From the IMG/VR virus record IMGVR_UViG_2795386110_000001, positions 26,114-90,113 of that record: a stretch of DNA of 64,000 nt, one strand, 5' to 3'. This document shows positions 1 to 9,130 of this stretch, one piece after another. Position 1 is the first letter of the stretch. The number at the start of each line of letters is the position of its first letter. The notes under the pieces were generated by a model. That model was not told the DNA's origin, made no database searches, and saw only the letters and a list, made by a program, of their open reading frames with translations. Both the position numbers and the translations under genes were made by a program. This DNA is from a virus. Lineage: Duplodnaviria > Caudoviricetes.

Positions 1-40
1 CGAGTGCCGGGCCGGCCTCATCTCTGAAGGGCTGATCGAT

Positions 41-766
41 ATGACCGCTATCCGCGCCTACATCACCGCCGGACTTCGCTTCCCGGCCGACGAGATCCTG
101 TGCAAGGGTGACCGCTGGCAGCGAGGATGCGCCGCCGTCGACGGAGAGGCCGCGTACGCGATCCACACCTTCGAGGGCAAGCACTTCTGCGGCTACCACT
201 CGCCGTTCGACAACAAGTACGTGCCCTGCGCCAACTGCGGCGAGAAGCTGGTGCTCATGGCCATGGAGGGCGACGCGGTCTGCGACGACTGCCTGATCGC
301 CATCAACCGGGTGACGGAGTACGACTACTACCTGGCCATGACCGGCGCGCACGACCTGCGCCACCCGCACCGGCCCGCTCCGGTCGACCTCCCGGTGAGC
401 GACTACGTCGACCACCACACCAGGGAGGAGATCGGCGCGGAGGAGGCGGCCGGCCACGTCTGCGACGAGGTCGAGGAGCGCGCCACGTACGGCCGGTACG
501 TGTCCGACGGCCTGGCCGACACCGACGGCCACTACGCGCCCGAGCCCTTCGAGGCCTGGCAGGCGCACTACCACCGGGCGATCGGCTACAAGGAGCCGCG
601 CACGGAGGAGTGCACCGAGACGGAGTGCAAGGCCCCGAGCCACGAGCGTGTGAAGTGCGTGCAGGACCGGATCCCCGGCAAGGGCCGGAAGGTCCGCACG
701 TACAGCGTCTGCCCCGGCTGCTACGACCGGCGCCTCGCCGAGTACCGCGCCTCCCGCGCCGCCTGA
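41..766 (+). CDS. hypothetical protein with CxxC motifs
   Basis: High-GC3 ORF; CANC, CDDC and CPGC motifs. Confidence 0.7.
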   Translation: MTAIRAYITAGLRFPADEILCKGDRWQRGCAAVDGEAAYAIHTFEGKHFCGYHSPFDNKYVPCANCGEKLVLMAMEGDAVCDDCLIAINRVTEYDYYLAMTGAHDLRHPHRPAPVDLPVSDYVDHHTREEIGAEEAAGHVCDEVEERATYGRYVSDGLADTDGHYAPEPFEAWQAHYHRAIGYKEPRTEECTETECKAPSHERVKCVQDRIPGKGRKVRTYSVCPGCYDRRLAEYRASRAA

Positions 767-836
767 CGCGGCCCCGACCTCCCCAACCATCTGGGCGCGC
801 ACCCCAGTGCGCCCCTGGCCCCCCAAGGGATCTCAC

Positions 837-1628
837 ATGCTCGACGTGACGGCAGGAATCACCGAAGCGCTCATCAAAGCCGCCGTGGAGAAGGACGCGC
901 GGCTCACGAAGTACGTCCACCAGGTCAAGGTCAGTACCCGGCGGAAGACGCTCGGGATGAGCATCAAGCCCGGCGACCCCGGCATCACCCTGCACGTGCC
1001 GGTCGGCACCGCGGCAGACACGGTGGTCGACACCGTCGCGGGGAACATCGACCGCCTGGTCAGCCTCATCAGCAAGGCCCGCCAGCACGCCCCCGACCAC
1101 CCGGCGAAGGAGCTGGTGAACGGCTCCGGGTTCCAGTGGCTCGGCCGCTCGGACCGGCTGAAGATCGTGGACGACGCACGGGTGCCCCTCGAACGCGCCC
1201 ACACGGGGCAGTGGTGGTTCCTGCTGGCCCGGGACGCGAAGCCGCTCGGCGCTCGCCCGTTCATCGACTGGTACGTGCGCGAGGGCACCGCGTGGCTCTC
1301 GCAGGAGACGGCCTCCATGTGGTCGCGGATTGCGGGCGACCGGCCGATACCGACGGTCCGCGCGGCCGACATCGGCCGGCGCCGCTGGGGCGTCTACCAC
1401 AGCGGCAAGCACGAGGTGCGGATCGCGTGGCAGGCGTTCCAGCTGCGGCCGGCCCTCGTGCGGCACGTCCTCGTCCACGAGTTCACCCACGCGCTGGTGC
1501 GCACCGGTAAGCCGCACGGGCCCGAGTTCTGGCGCGCGTTCGAGCGCGGCCACATCGGCGCCCGCCAGGAGGCCCGGCAGCTCGACGAGGAAGGCCGCCG
1601 AGTCTGGATGGGCGACCTCGCCTCCTGA
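837..1628 (+). CDS. YgjP/M48-like zinc metallopeptidase
   Basis: RRWG and HVLVHEFTHA...HGPEFW (HExxH) motifs; AAGGGA before ATG 837. Confidence 0.8.
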   Translation: MLDVTAGITEALIKAAVEKDARLTKYVHQVKVSTRRKTLGMSIKPGDPGITLHVPVGTAADTVVDTVAGNIDRLVSLISKARQHAPDHPAKELVNGSGFQWLGRSDRLKIVDDARVPLERAHTGQWWFLLARDAKPLGARPFIDWYVREGTAWLSQETASMWSRIAGDRPIPTVRAADIGRRRWGVYHSGKHEVRIAWQAFQLRPALVRHVLVHEFTHALVRTGKPHGPEFWRAFERGHIGARQEARQLDEEGRRVWMGDLAS

Positions 1629-1669
1629 CCCCCGAACCGCCCGCAGCGCACGAAGGAAGGACCGAGAAC

Positions 1670-1864
1670 ATGGCGTCGAAGAAGACGGACGAGCTGGTGG
1701 CCAAGCTCCGCCAGAACGGGGCGCAGGTAGTGAAGCGCGGGTCGCGGTGGCGCGTAACCCAGCCGGGCAAGGGCCTGGGCTTCCTGGCGACCTCTGACCC
1801 GAAGGACCGCAAGGGCCTGGAGAACAAGATGGCCGACCTGAGACGGAAGGGTTACGACGTCTGA
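1670..1864 (+). CDS. small basic hypothetical protein
   Basis: RBS GGAAGGA, high-GC3 codon usage. Confidence 0.7.
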   Translation: MASKKTDELVAKLRQNGAQVVKRGSRWRVTQPGKGLGFLATSDPKDRKGLENKMADLRRKGYDV

Positions 1865-1868
1865 GCCC

Positions 1869-1959
1869 CTGACCTGCTTTCTTTGTCGTTCTTTTATGGA
1901 AACAGCTTGTCTAAACTGGCTAGGGCAAGTCATTTCGGAAAGAATGAAAGTAGTTCAAA
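1869..1959 (+). repeat. early AT-rich hairpin/promoter repeat, copy 1
   Basis: CTGACCTG..TTCTTT..AAACTGGCTAGGGCAAG..TTCGGAAAGAATGAAAGTAGTTCAAA; five copies in window. Confidence 0.9.
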
Positions 1960-1991
1960 ACACATCAACCTACACAGAACGGGAGCCAGTT

Positions 1992-2669
1992 ATGACCGCC
2001 ACCGTCCCCCTCGCCCAGGCCTTCGAGTCCCTGTCCGAGATCTACACGAGCCGTGAAGAGGCCGCCCGTACCAAGCTGGCCAAGTGCCTGACGGACCTCG
2101 GCCAGGGCGTCGACACCAGCCTGATCCGGACCGCGATGGAAACCGCCGCGGAGGCCCTCCCGTACAGGCGGGTCCTGATCTACGCCGAGAAGACCGGCGT
2201 CCGCGAGGCCCTGACCGGCGTGCGAAAGGACCTGACCCGCCAGCTGCTGTCGCGGACGCTGGGCTCCAGCACCTGCCAGATCCGCAACGAGGCCGCCCGC
2301 ATGGAGGTGGAGGCCGCCCAGCGCTTCCTGGCGAACACCGAGAACCTCCTGGACCTCTACGGCGACACCCTGAGCGAGGAGACCGCCCAGGAGGCCGAGC
2401 CCGAGCCCGCGCCCGCCCCGGTCGACGTCCCGACGGCGACCCCGGCCCAGAAGCGCACCCTGCTCGCCATCCGCGACAACAACATCAGGCTCCAGGAGTT
2501 CGCGCTCGGCAAGACCAAGGTCATGTCCGAGGCGGCGGAGCGCCCCCGCAAGGACATGGTCGAGTGGGTGATCGGCCAGGGCTGGGCGAAGCAGGACACC
2601 AGCGACTCCCTGTTCAACGGTCAGAAGGTCAGCCTCACGGAGACCGGCGAGGCGATCCTCGCCAGCTGA
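1992..2669 (+). CDS. hypothetical protein, possible C-terminal winged helix
   Basis: RBS GGGAG before ATG 1992; ends ..VSLTETGEAIL. Confidence 0.75.
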   Translation: MTATVPLAQAFESLSEIYTSREEAARTKLAKCLTDLGQGVDTSLIRTAMETAAEALPYRRVLIYAEKTGVREALTGVRKDLTRQLLSRTLGSSTCQIRNEAARMEVEAAQRFLANTENLLDLYGDTLSEETAQEAEPEPAPAPVDVPTATPAQKRTLLAIRDNNIRLQEFALGKTKVMSEAAERPRKDMVEWVIGQGWAKQDTSDSLFNGQKVSLTETGEAILAS

Positions 2670-2758
2670 CCAGCGCGACCCCAACCAGCCGGCCCGGCAC
2701 CGGGCGCCACCGAGCGCCTCGCGTGCCGGGCCGGACCGCACACCAAGGAGACGAGACG

Positions 2759-2818
2759 ATGGCCGACATCACGATCACCCACGCCCGCGCGGAAGGCACG
2801 CTCGCAGATCGCCTCTGA
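2759..2818 (+). pseudogene. truncated gene start (MADITITHARAEGTL)
   Basis: Strong RBS AAGGAG and ATG, but only 19 codons before a TGA inside repeat copy 2. Confidence 0.5.
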
Positions 2819-2907
2819 CCTGGGGTTTCTTAGAAGTTTCTTTGCCGAAACTGGTTGTTAAAACTGGCTAGGGAAAGCTATTTCGGAAAGAATAAAAGTA
2901 GTTCAAA
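2815..2907 (+). repeat. early repeat, copy 2
   Basis: Matches copy 1 consensus. Confidence 0.9.
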
Positions 2908-2940
2908 CCACCCCACCAGTTACGGTCAGAGGAGAGCGCA

Positions 2941-3436
2941 ATGAACGCCGCGAGCATCATCGAGGAGATCGAGTTGATCGCCGAGATCGGCGAGGCGGAA
3001 GACGCGCTCGACCTCTCGAAGCGGCTGATCGGCGACGAGCAGACCGCCTGGGCGATCGACGTCCGCCGGGCCGTGACTCGCGGCGTGCTCGACCGGAACG
3101 TGCTCCGCGCGGTCGCGGGCCGGATCGCCGAAGCCGTGAAGCCGACGGTCGACTGGGGCCTGTTCGCCGGACAGCTCGCCGACATGGAGGCCGGCCTGCG
3201 CGCCGCCCTGGCGGCCGACGCCGCGATGCCGCGCGCGGAGCGTCGCGAGCGCAGCGCCCGGCAGTGGACGGAGAAGCAGCGGTACGAGGAGCGCGTGCGC
3301 ATACAACGAGCAGGTCGAGTTCGTGAACCGCGAGCGCGGCCGTGCGCACAACCGCGCGCAGGCCGCTGCGGTCCGCGAGAAGACCTGTGGCGACTGCTTC
3401 CAGGAGCGCGCCGCGAATGGCGCCTGCGGCTGCTGA
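2941..3436 (+). pseudogene. hypothetical gene with apparent frameshift near 3300
   Basis: High-GC3 frame switches at GTGCGC|A|TAC to YNEQVEF...CGDC...GACGC*, ending at the TGA of repeat copy 3. Confidence 0.65.
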
Positions 3437-3526
3437 CCTGCGGTTTTCTTAGAAGTCCTTTTACCTAATCAGATTGTTAAAACTGATTAGGGCAAGTTGA
3501 TTCGGAAAGAATGAAAGTAGTTCAAA
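3433..3526 (+). repeat. early repeat, copy 3
   Basis: Matches consensus. Confidence 0.9.
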
Positions 3527-3557
3527 CCACCCCATCTCGTCAGTGAAGGGACAAGTT

Positions 3558-4826
3558 GTGACCGCCACCGCCACCGCCACCCCCGAGGCCACCGTCACCG
3601 AGACCGACCGCACGGAGGAGTACGTCGACCCGTCGGCGACCCCGGCCGGCCCCGCCCCGGACGGCCTCGGCGCGCGGGACGACGCCCCGGCCGAGAAGAA
3701 GCCCGCCCGCCGCAGCCCGCGCCGCGCGCCCGCGACGAAGACTGCGGCCGCCGCGAGAAAGGCCCCGGCGAAGAAGGCGACCGCCAAGCAGACCGCCGAC
3801 GGGCAGCGGACGCAGCTCCGCACGATCCCGACGGCGAAGATCGACCGCGACCCGGGCCAGCCCCGCGAGCACTTCGACGAGGCCGCGCTCCAGGAGCTGG
3901 CCAAGTCCATGGCGAAGCTGGGCCAGCTCCAGCCGATCAACGTCCGCTACAACGAGGACACGAAGCGGTTCACGATCATCATGGGCGAGCGCCGCTGGCG
4001 GGCCGCCCAGATCGCCGGCCTCGCGCAGATGAAGGCCGTCGTCATGCACGGCGTCGGCGAGGGCCGCGAGACGTTCGCGATGGCCGTCGCCGAGAACGTC
4101 GGCCGCGCCGACATGACCGCCGTCGAGGAGGCGAAGGCCTTCAAGAAGCTGGTGGACGCCGAGTACACGGTCGATGAGGTGGCCGAACTGGTCGGCAAGA
4201 GCGCCGCCTACGTCCAGTGGCGCATCGACCTGCTGCGCCTGTGCCCGGAGGCGCAGGAGGCCCTCGTCAAGAACCAGCTGCCGGTCGGCCTGGCCTGGTA
4301 CGTCGGCAAGCTGTCCAACGACAACCAGGTGCGGTTCCTCGGCCGCTGGGTGCGCGGCGACTTCAAGAGTGCCCGCGACGCGGAGGCCTTCGCGCAGGCC
4401 CTCCACACCGAGGAGAAGCGCCAGGAGGAGCAGGGCTCGTTCTTCGTCCTCTCCGAGGAGGCGGCAGCCACCCGCAAGGACAACGGGCAGGACGCCCTGC
4501 CGGGCACCCTCGACCTCCCCGAGGAGGAGCGAGAGCGGATCGTCGCCGACCGCAGCAAGCTCGTCGGGAAGATCGAGAAGCTGGGCCAGGCCGGAGAGAT
4601 CCTCTCGCTGCTCGCCGCCACCGACGAGGAAGAGCTGGCCCTGCTGCTCGCCGGTACGCCCGGCGGCATCGGCGGTCACCGCCTCCGTATCAAGCACCTT
4701 CAGGACATCGCGACCAAGGCGATGGCGAACCTCCGCAAGGCGGAGATGGTCGCCGAGGTCCGCGCCAGCGGCCTGACCGTCAACCCCGACGCCGAGGCCG
4801 GCGGCGACGCCGACGCCGCCGCCTGA
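3558..4826 (+). CDS. ParB/RepB/Spo0J family protein
   Basis: QPREHFD, GQLQPI, GERRWRAA and AENVGR motifs followed by an HTH. Confidence 0.9.
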   Translation: MTATATATPEATVTETDRTEEYVDPSATPAGPAPDGLGARDDAPAEKKPARRSPRRAPATKTAAAARKAPAKKATAKQTADGQRTQLRTIPTAKIDRDPGQPREHFDEAALQELAKSMAKLGQLQPINVRYNEDTKRFTIIMGERRWRAAQIAGLAQMKAVVMHGVGEGRETFAMAVAENVGRADMTAVEEAKAFKKLVDAEYTVDEVAELVGKSAAYVQWRIDLLRLCPEAQEALVKNQLPVGLAWYVGKLSNDNQVRFLGRWVRGDFKSARDAEAFAQALHTEEKRQEEQGSFFVLSEEAAATRKDNGQDALPGTLDLPEEERERIVADRSKLVGKIEKLGQAGEILSLLAATDEEELALLLAGTPGGIGGHRLRIKHLQDIATKAMANLRKAEMVAEVRASGLTVNPDAEAGGDADAAA

Positions 4827-4839
4827 CCACCCACCCACC

Positions 4840-4870
4840 GGCGCCCCGCCCAGGCAGCGGGCGGGGCGCC
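4840..4870 (+). repeat. GC hairpin with AGGCAGC loop, copy A
   Basis: GGCGCCCCGCCC-AGGCAGC-GGGCGGGGCGCC. Confidence 0.8.
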
Positions 4871-4899
4871 CCCCTTCACCCCTCCAAGGAGACAGACCC

Positions 4900-5199
4900 A
4901 TGAAGCGACCCGTCAGCTTCCACGACCAGCCCGTGCCGACCTTCACCCCGTACGACGTTGCGAAGGCCGTCCTGGAGCACTGCGGCGACCAGTGGGGCGC
5001 CGAGCCCGGCCCCTGGGCCACCACCGGCCACCTGCGGGCCTGGGACAACACCCCGTTCACGATCGGCGTCAACCCGACCGGCGAGCTGTTCGTCCGCAAC
5101 GACCACCTCGGTGACGCCCTCCCGCTGCCGGTCGAGCCGACCGACGACCTCGACACCATCGCGCGCGCGGTCGCCGAGATCGTCGGCCACCTCTACTGA
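4900..5199 (+). CDS. hypothetical protein
   Basis: RBS AAGGAG, high GC3. Confidence 0.75.
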   Translation: MKRPVSFHDQPVPTFTPYDVAKAVLEHCGDQWGAEPGPWATTGHLRAWDNTPFTIGVNPTGELFVRNDHLGDALPLPVEPTDDLDTIARAVAEIVGHLY

Positions 5200-5250
5200 T
5201 CTAAGCCCCGTTCACGCAGGCCAGAACCCTTTACCCCTCGAAGGACCCCG

Positions 5251-6078
5251 ATGGAGATCCCAAGCGGCGTCTACGACGTCCTCACCGACACCCGCACAGT
5301 CATCGCCGGCGACCGGGTGCAGATCCCGTTCGAGCTGGACCGCGCCCAGTACGAGCAGGTGAACAAGGTCCTGAAGGAGATCGGCGGCCGGTGGGACGGC
5401 CGCAACGCCGTGCGCGCCCACGTCTTCCCCTTCCCGGTGGAGGAGTTCATGCGGGCTTGCCTCGCCACCCGCGAGTTCCCCAGCCGGTACGAGCAGGGCT
5501 GGTACCCGACCCCGCCGCGCGTGGTCCACGACATCCTGGAGCACGCGGCGATCAGAGAGGGCATGAGCGTTCTCGAGCCCTCAGCCGGTACCGGCTCGAT
5601 CACGGGGCCGGCGGTCCGGCGCGGCGCCGTCGTCGACTGCGTGGAGATAGACGAGTGGCGCGTCCGGGTCCTCCGCGAGCAGGGCGCCGCCCGCCGCGTG
5701 GTCCACGCGGACTTCCTCGACCTGGACCCGCTCGACTGCCCCCACGGCTATCGCAGGGTGCTGATGAACCCGCCGTTCGCGGCGGCCGTGCAGCACGTGC
5801 AGCACGCGATGGGCTTCCTCGACGACGACGGCGTGCTGATCTCGGTCCTGCCCGAGTCGGTCATGTGGCACAGCGACCGCGCCACGACCGAGTTCCGCGA
5901 GCTGATCGCCCTCGCCGAGGGCGAGTTCATCCCGCTGTCCGACGAGTCGTTCGCACCGTCCGGGACGAGCGTGCGCACCGTGCTCCTGGTCGTCACCTCC
6001 GAGCCGGGCGGGCCGCTGCCCACCCACGGCTGGTGGCAGAGGCAGCCTCGACAGCTCGGCCTCTTCGCCCTAGCCTGA
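5251..6078 (+). CDS. SAM-dependent amino (N6-adenine type) DNA methyltransferase
   Basis: YPTP, VLEPSAGTG (motif I), MNPPF (motif IV). Confidence 0.85.
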   Translation: MEIPSGVYDVLTDTRTVIAGDRVQIPFELDRAQYEQVNKVLKEIGGRWDGRNAVRAHVFPFPVEEFMRACLATREFPSRYEQGWYPTPPRVVHDILEHAAIREGMSVLEPSAGTGSITGPAVRRGAVVDCVEIDEWRVRVLREQGAARRVVHADFLDLDPLDCPHGYRRVLMNPPFAAAVQHVQHAMGFLDDDGVLISVLPESVMWHSDRATTEFRELIALAEGEFIPLSDESFAPSGTSVRTVLLVVTSEPGGPLPTHGWWQRQPRQLGLFALA

Positions 6079-6154
6079 CCTGCGTTTCTTTGTCTCTTCT
6101 TTACTTAATCAGCTTATTTAAATTGGCTAGGGTGAGCCGATTCGGAAAGGATGA
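6075..6154 (+). repeat. early repeat, copy 4 (3' end diverged)
   Basis: CTGACCTGC..TTCTTT..AAATTGGCTAGGG..TTCGGAAAGGATGA. Confidence 0.85.
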
Positions 6155-6192
6155 GTGAAGCACCACAAACCACCCCAGGAAAGGGCAGAGTC

Positions 6193-6420
6193 ATGGAAAA
6201 GGCGGACATCATCCAGAAGATCAACAACGGGGATCTCTTCGTCCTCACCCGAGAAGAAATGGCCCTGCTCCTCCCCTGGCTCCGGGACACCGTCACCGCC
6301 CAGGAGAGGAAGGACGAAAACGCGGACCTCTGCCAGTTCTTCAGCCGAGTCATGCGGCTTGCGAACCAGCTCTACGGCACCGAGCCGTTCAACCGCGAGA
6401 CCTGCATCTGCAACGGCTGA
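6193..6420 (+). CDS. hypothetical protein
   Basis: Short ORF downstream of the repeat. Confidence 0.6.
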   Translation: MEKADIIQKINNGDLFVLTREEMALLLPWLRDTVTAQERKDENADLCQFFSRVMRLANQLYGTEPFNRETCICNG

Positions 6421-6481
6421 CACCCCACAGGGGGCCGCCCAGGCGGCCCCCGACTCCAACATCCCCCCGGAAAGGACGGGA

Positions 6482-6901
6482 ATGGATCTCGCCACCTGCA
6501 CCTACCAGGAGTTCACGCCCGACATGGGCGCTCCGATCCGCACCACCGCGGGTCACCCGCGCTTCCCCCTCGGCTACGAGTTGGCCGGTCACGCCACGCT
6601 CATCACGCCGACCCGGGAGCTGCTCGCCCAGAACCTGCCCGAGGACGCCTACGAGTTCAGCTACCGGCGCATTCTGAACGGCTACGGCATCCACCGCATC
6701 TGCGCCGAGCTGGCCGGCCTCGCCGCCCGGAACGGCGGCGCCCGCCTGGTCCTGCTCTGCTTCGACCGCCTCGACAAGCTGCGCCCGGCAGACGCCTGGT
6801 GCCACCGGATCCATTTCGCGAAGTGGTACCTGGAGCAGACCGGCGAGGAGATCCCCGAACTCGGCGCCCGGCCGGCGACCCCGCCGCCCTCCCTCTTCTG
6901 A
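6482..6901 (+). CDS. DUF488-like protein
   Basis: LVLLCFD...WCHR motif. Confidence 0.6.
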   Translation: MDLATCTYQEFTPDMGAPIRTTAGHPRFPLGYELAGHATLITPTRELLAQNLPEDAYEFSYRRILNGYGIHRICAELAGLAARNGGARLVLLCFDRLDKLRPADAWCHRIHFAKWYLEQTGEEIPELGARPATPPPSLF

Positions 6902-6983
6902 CCAGCCCCTGACCAGCCCTTTCCGACGGGCGGGACGCACGGCGTCCCGCCCGTCACCCATGCCCGGAAGGAACGAACGCACC

Positions 6984-8702
6984 GTGCCCTACATCGACGC
7001 CACCACCCAGGCATGGGCGGCGAGCAGTCCAGCCCGCCCGTACAAGCACGACGGCAGCGTGCTGACAGCCATGAGCTGGTTCTGCGGCGCCGGAGGGGAC
7101 ACGCAGGGCGGGGACGCGGTCCCCGGCGTGCAAGTCACCCGGGCGGCGAACCACTGGGACGTCGCCCTCGCCACGCACACCTGGAACAACCCGAACTGCG
7201 ACGTGTGGAAGGGCGACATCCGCCGGGCCCCGGTTGAGAAGTGGCCGGTCTGCCAGCTCTTCTGGGCAAGCCCGGAATGCCCGAAGTGGAGCGCGGCCCG
7301 GGGAGTGAAGCGCGACTTCGACCGAACCATGCAGGGCGACTTCGACTTCGAAGAGGAGGAGTTCAAGAGCGAGAAGGAGCGGCGGGCGGCCGAGGAGCGC
7401 TCGCGCGCCCTCATGGAAGAAGTCCCGATGTACCTGCGGGGCGTCATCAACCGCGGCGGCCTGGTCCTCGCCGGAGTGGTCGAGAACGTCATCGACTGCC
7501 GGGACTGGGACCAATGGGACCGCTGGGTCGGCGAGTTCCACAAGATGGGCTACCGCACGAAGCTCCTCGCCATCAACTCGATGCACGTCGCCCCGCGCAC
7601 CATGCCGCGCGTCCCACAAAGCAGGGACAGGCTGTACTTCGTCTACTGGCACGAGAGCATCGGACGCAACCCGGACTTCGACAAATGGGTGCTGCGCCCC
7701 GACGCCTGGTGCTCCGACTGCGACGAACAGGTCCGCACCGTCCAGGTCTTCCGCAAGCCCGGCAAGGACATGGGCCGCTACCGCCAGAGCTACGACTACC
7801 GGTGCCCGAACGCGCACTGCCGCGCGATCGTCGAGCCCTCCGTCCTCCCGGCAGCAGCGGCGATCGACTTCTCGATCCTGGGAACGCCGATCGGCGACCG
7901 GGAGAAGACGGACGACTGCCCCGAGGGCCTCGCCCCGGCCACGATCGCCCGCGTCCGCGCCGGAGGCGCCCAATACTGGGGCTGGGGCATGGACGAGGAA
8001 GACGGCCAGGGCTCGCTGTTCGGCGACATCGACGCCGAGCCCGGCGCCGAGCCCGGCCCGCTCCTCGTCCCGGCCGGCGGGACCTGGCGGAACAATGCGA
8101 TCGGCCTGGACGTGCCGATGCCGACCCGCACAACGGTCGAGACCGACGGCGTCGCGTTCCCGCCCTTCCTCGTGCCCTGCGAGGGCCGCACCGGCAAGAA
8201 GCCGATGCGCCTGGACGAGCCGATGCGCACCCAGACGGCCCGCGCAGAACTCGCCATCGCCCACGCGCCGTTCGTGGTCCCCATGCGCGGCGGCGGCGAC
8301 AAGGAGAAGGCGCGGCACCTCGGCCATCCGCTCCACACGGTCTCGGCGGGCGGTAATCACCACGGGCTGGTGGGCCTGCCTGACCACCTGCTCGTGCCGT
8401 ACTACGGCAACGGCCAGGCCCGGCCGGTCACCGAGCCGGTCGGCGCCCTGCCGACCCGCGACCGGTACGCGCTGGTCAAACGGAACTTCACCATCGACGA
8501 GGTCCTGTTCAGGATGCTCCAGCCGCACGAGATCCACAGGGCGATGGCCTTCCGGCCGAAGTACAAGATCATGGGCTCGAAGCGCCACCAGGTCAGGCAG
8601 CTCGGCAACGCCGTCACCCCGGCGGTCGCCGAGGTTCTGTACTGCGCGCTGGCCGAGTGCATCACCGGCGAGGAGATCAGCCGGTACGAGCTGGCCGCCT
8701 GA
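6984..8702 (+). CDS. C5 cytosine DNA methyltransferase
   Basis: FCGAGG, SPEC, ENV, QSRDR and GNAV motifs. Confidence 0.92.
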   Translation: MPYIDATTQAWAASSPARPYKHDGSVLTAMSWFCGAGGDTQGGDAVPGVQVTRAANHWDVALATHTWNNPNCDVWKGDIRRAPVEKWPVCQLFWASPECPKWSAARGVKRDFDRTMQGDFDFEEEEFKSEKERRAAEERSRALMEEVPMYLRGVINRGGLVLAGVVENVIDCRDWDQWDRWVGEFHKMGYRTKLLAINSMHVAPRTMPRVPQSRDRLYFVYWHESIGRNPDFDKWVLRPDAWCSDCDEQVRTVQVFRKPGKDMGRYRQSYDYRCPNAHCRAIVEPSVLPAAAAIDFSILGTPIGDREKTDDCPEGLAPATIARVRAGGAQYWGWGMDEEDGQGSLFGDIDAEPGAEPGPLLVPAGGTWRNNAIGLDVPMPTRTTVETDGVAFPPFLVPCEGRTGKKPMRLDEPMRTQTARAELAIAHAPFVVPMRGGGDKEKARHLGHPLHTVSAGGNHHGLVGLPDHLLVPYYGNGQARPVTEPVGALPTRDRYALVKRNFTIDEVLFRMLQPHEIHRAMAFRPKYKIMGSKRHQVRQLGNAVTPAVAEVLYCALAECITGEEISRYELAA

Positions 8703-8790
8703 CCTGCGGTTCTTGTAGGTTTCTTTACTGAATCAACTTGTTAAAACTGGCTAGGGCAAGGTGATTCGGGAAGAATGAAAGTAGTTCAAA
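8699..8790 (+). repeat. early repeat, copy 5
   Basis: Matches consensus. Confidence 0.9.
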
Positions 8791-8811
8791 AACACACCAA
8801 CTCCGCAGGGG

Positions 8812-9057
8812 ATGAAGATGCGCGACTACCTGAACAAGACCGAGCTGCTCGCCGCCATGAACAACGGGGAGCGCCTGGAGGCCCACCCGCGCACCCCCTA
8901 CGCGGGAGAACAGGTCGAGTACCTGCCCCGCGTGGACATCGTGGGCGGCAAGCCGACCAGTCACCCGGACTTCTACCCCTGGCGCGTGGTGGGCCGCTCC
9001 GGCGACTACCGCCTGCGTAACAGCGAAGTCGTGGTCATCGAGGCCGCCGCCAACTAG
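8812..9057 (+). CDS. hypothetical protein
   Basis: High-GC3 ORF after the repeat. Confidence 0.7.
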   Translation: MKMRDYLNKTELLAAMNNGERLEAHPRTPYAGEQVEYLPRVDIVGGKPTSHPDFYPWRVVGRSGDYRLRNSEVVVIEAAAN

Positions 9058-9064
9058 CCCGCCC

Positions 9065-9093
9065 GGCCGGGGAGCAGGCAGCGCTCCCCGGCC
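9065..9093 (+). repeat. AGGCAGC-loop hairpin, copy B
   Basis: GGCCGGGGAGC-AGGCAGC-GCTCCCCGGCC. Confidence 0.8.
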
Positions 9094-9130
9094 CGCCCGA
9101 TCAGCCACCACACCACCAAGGAGCACCGGC

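Noticed and set aside
1869-8790. Early repeats as a CRISPR array or integron attC sites
   Set aside because: Spacing is gene-sized and irregular, there are no cas or integron integrase genes, and no GTTRRRY/RYYYAAC ends
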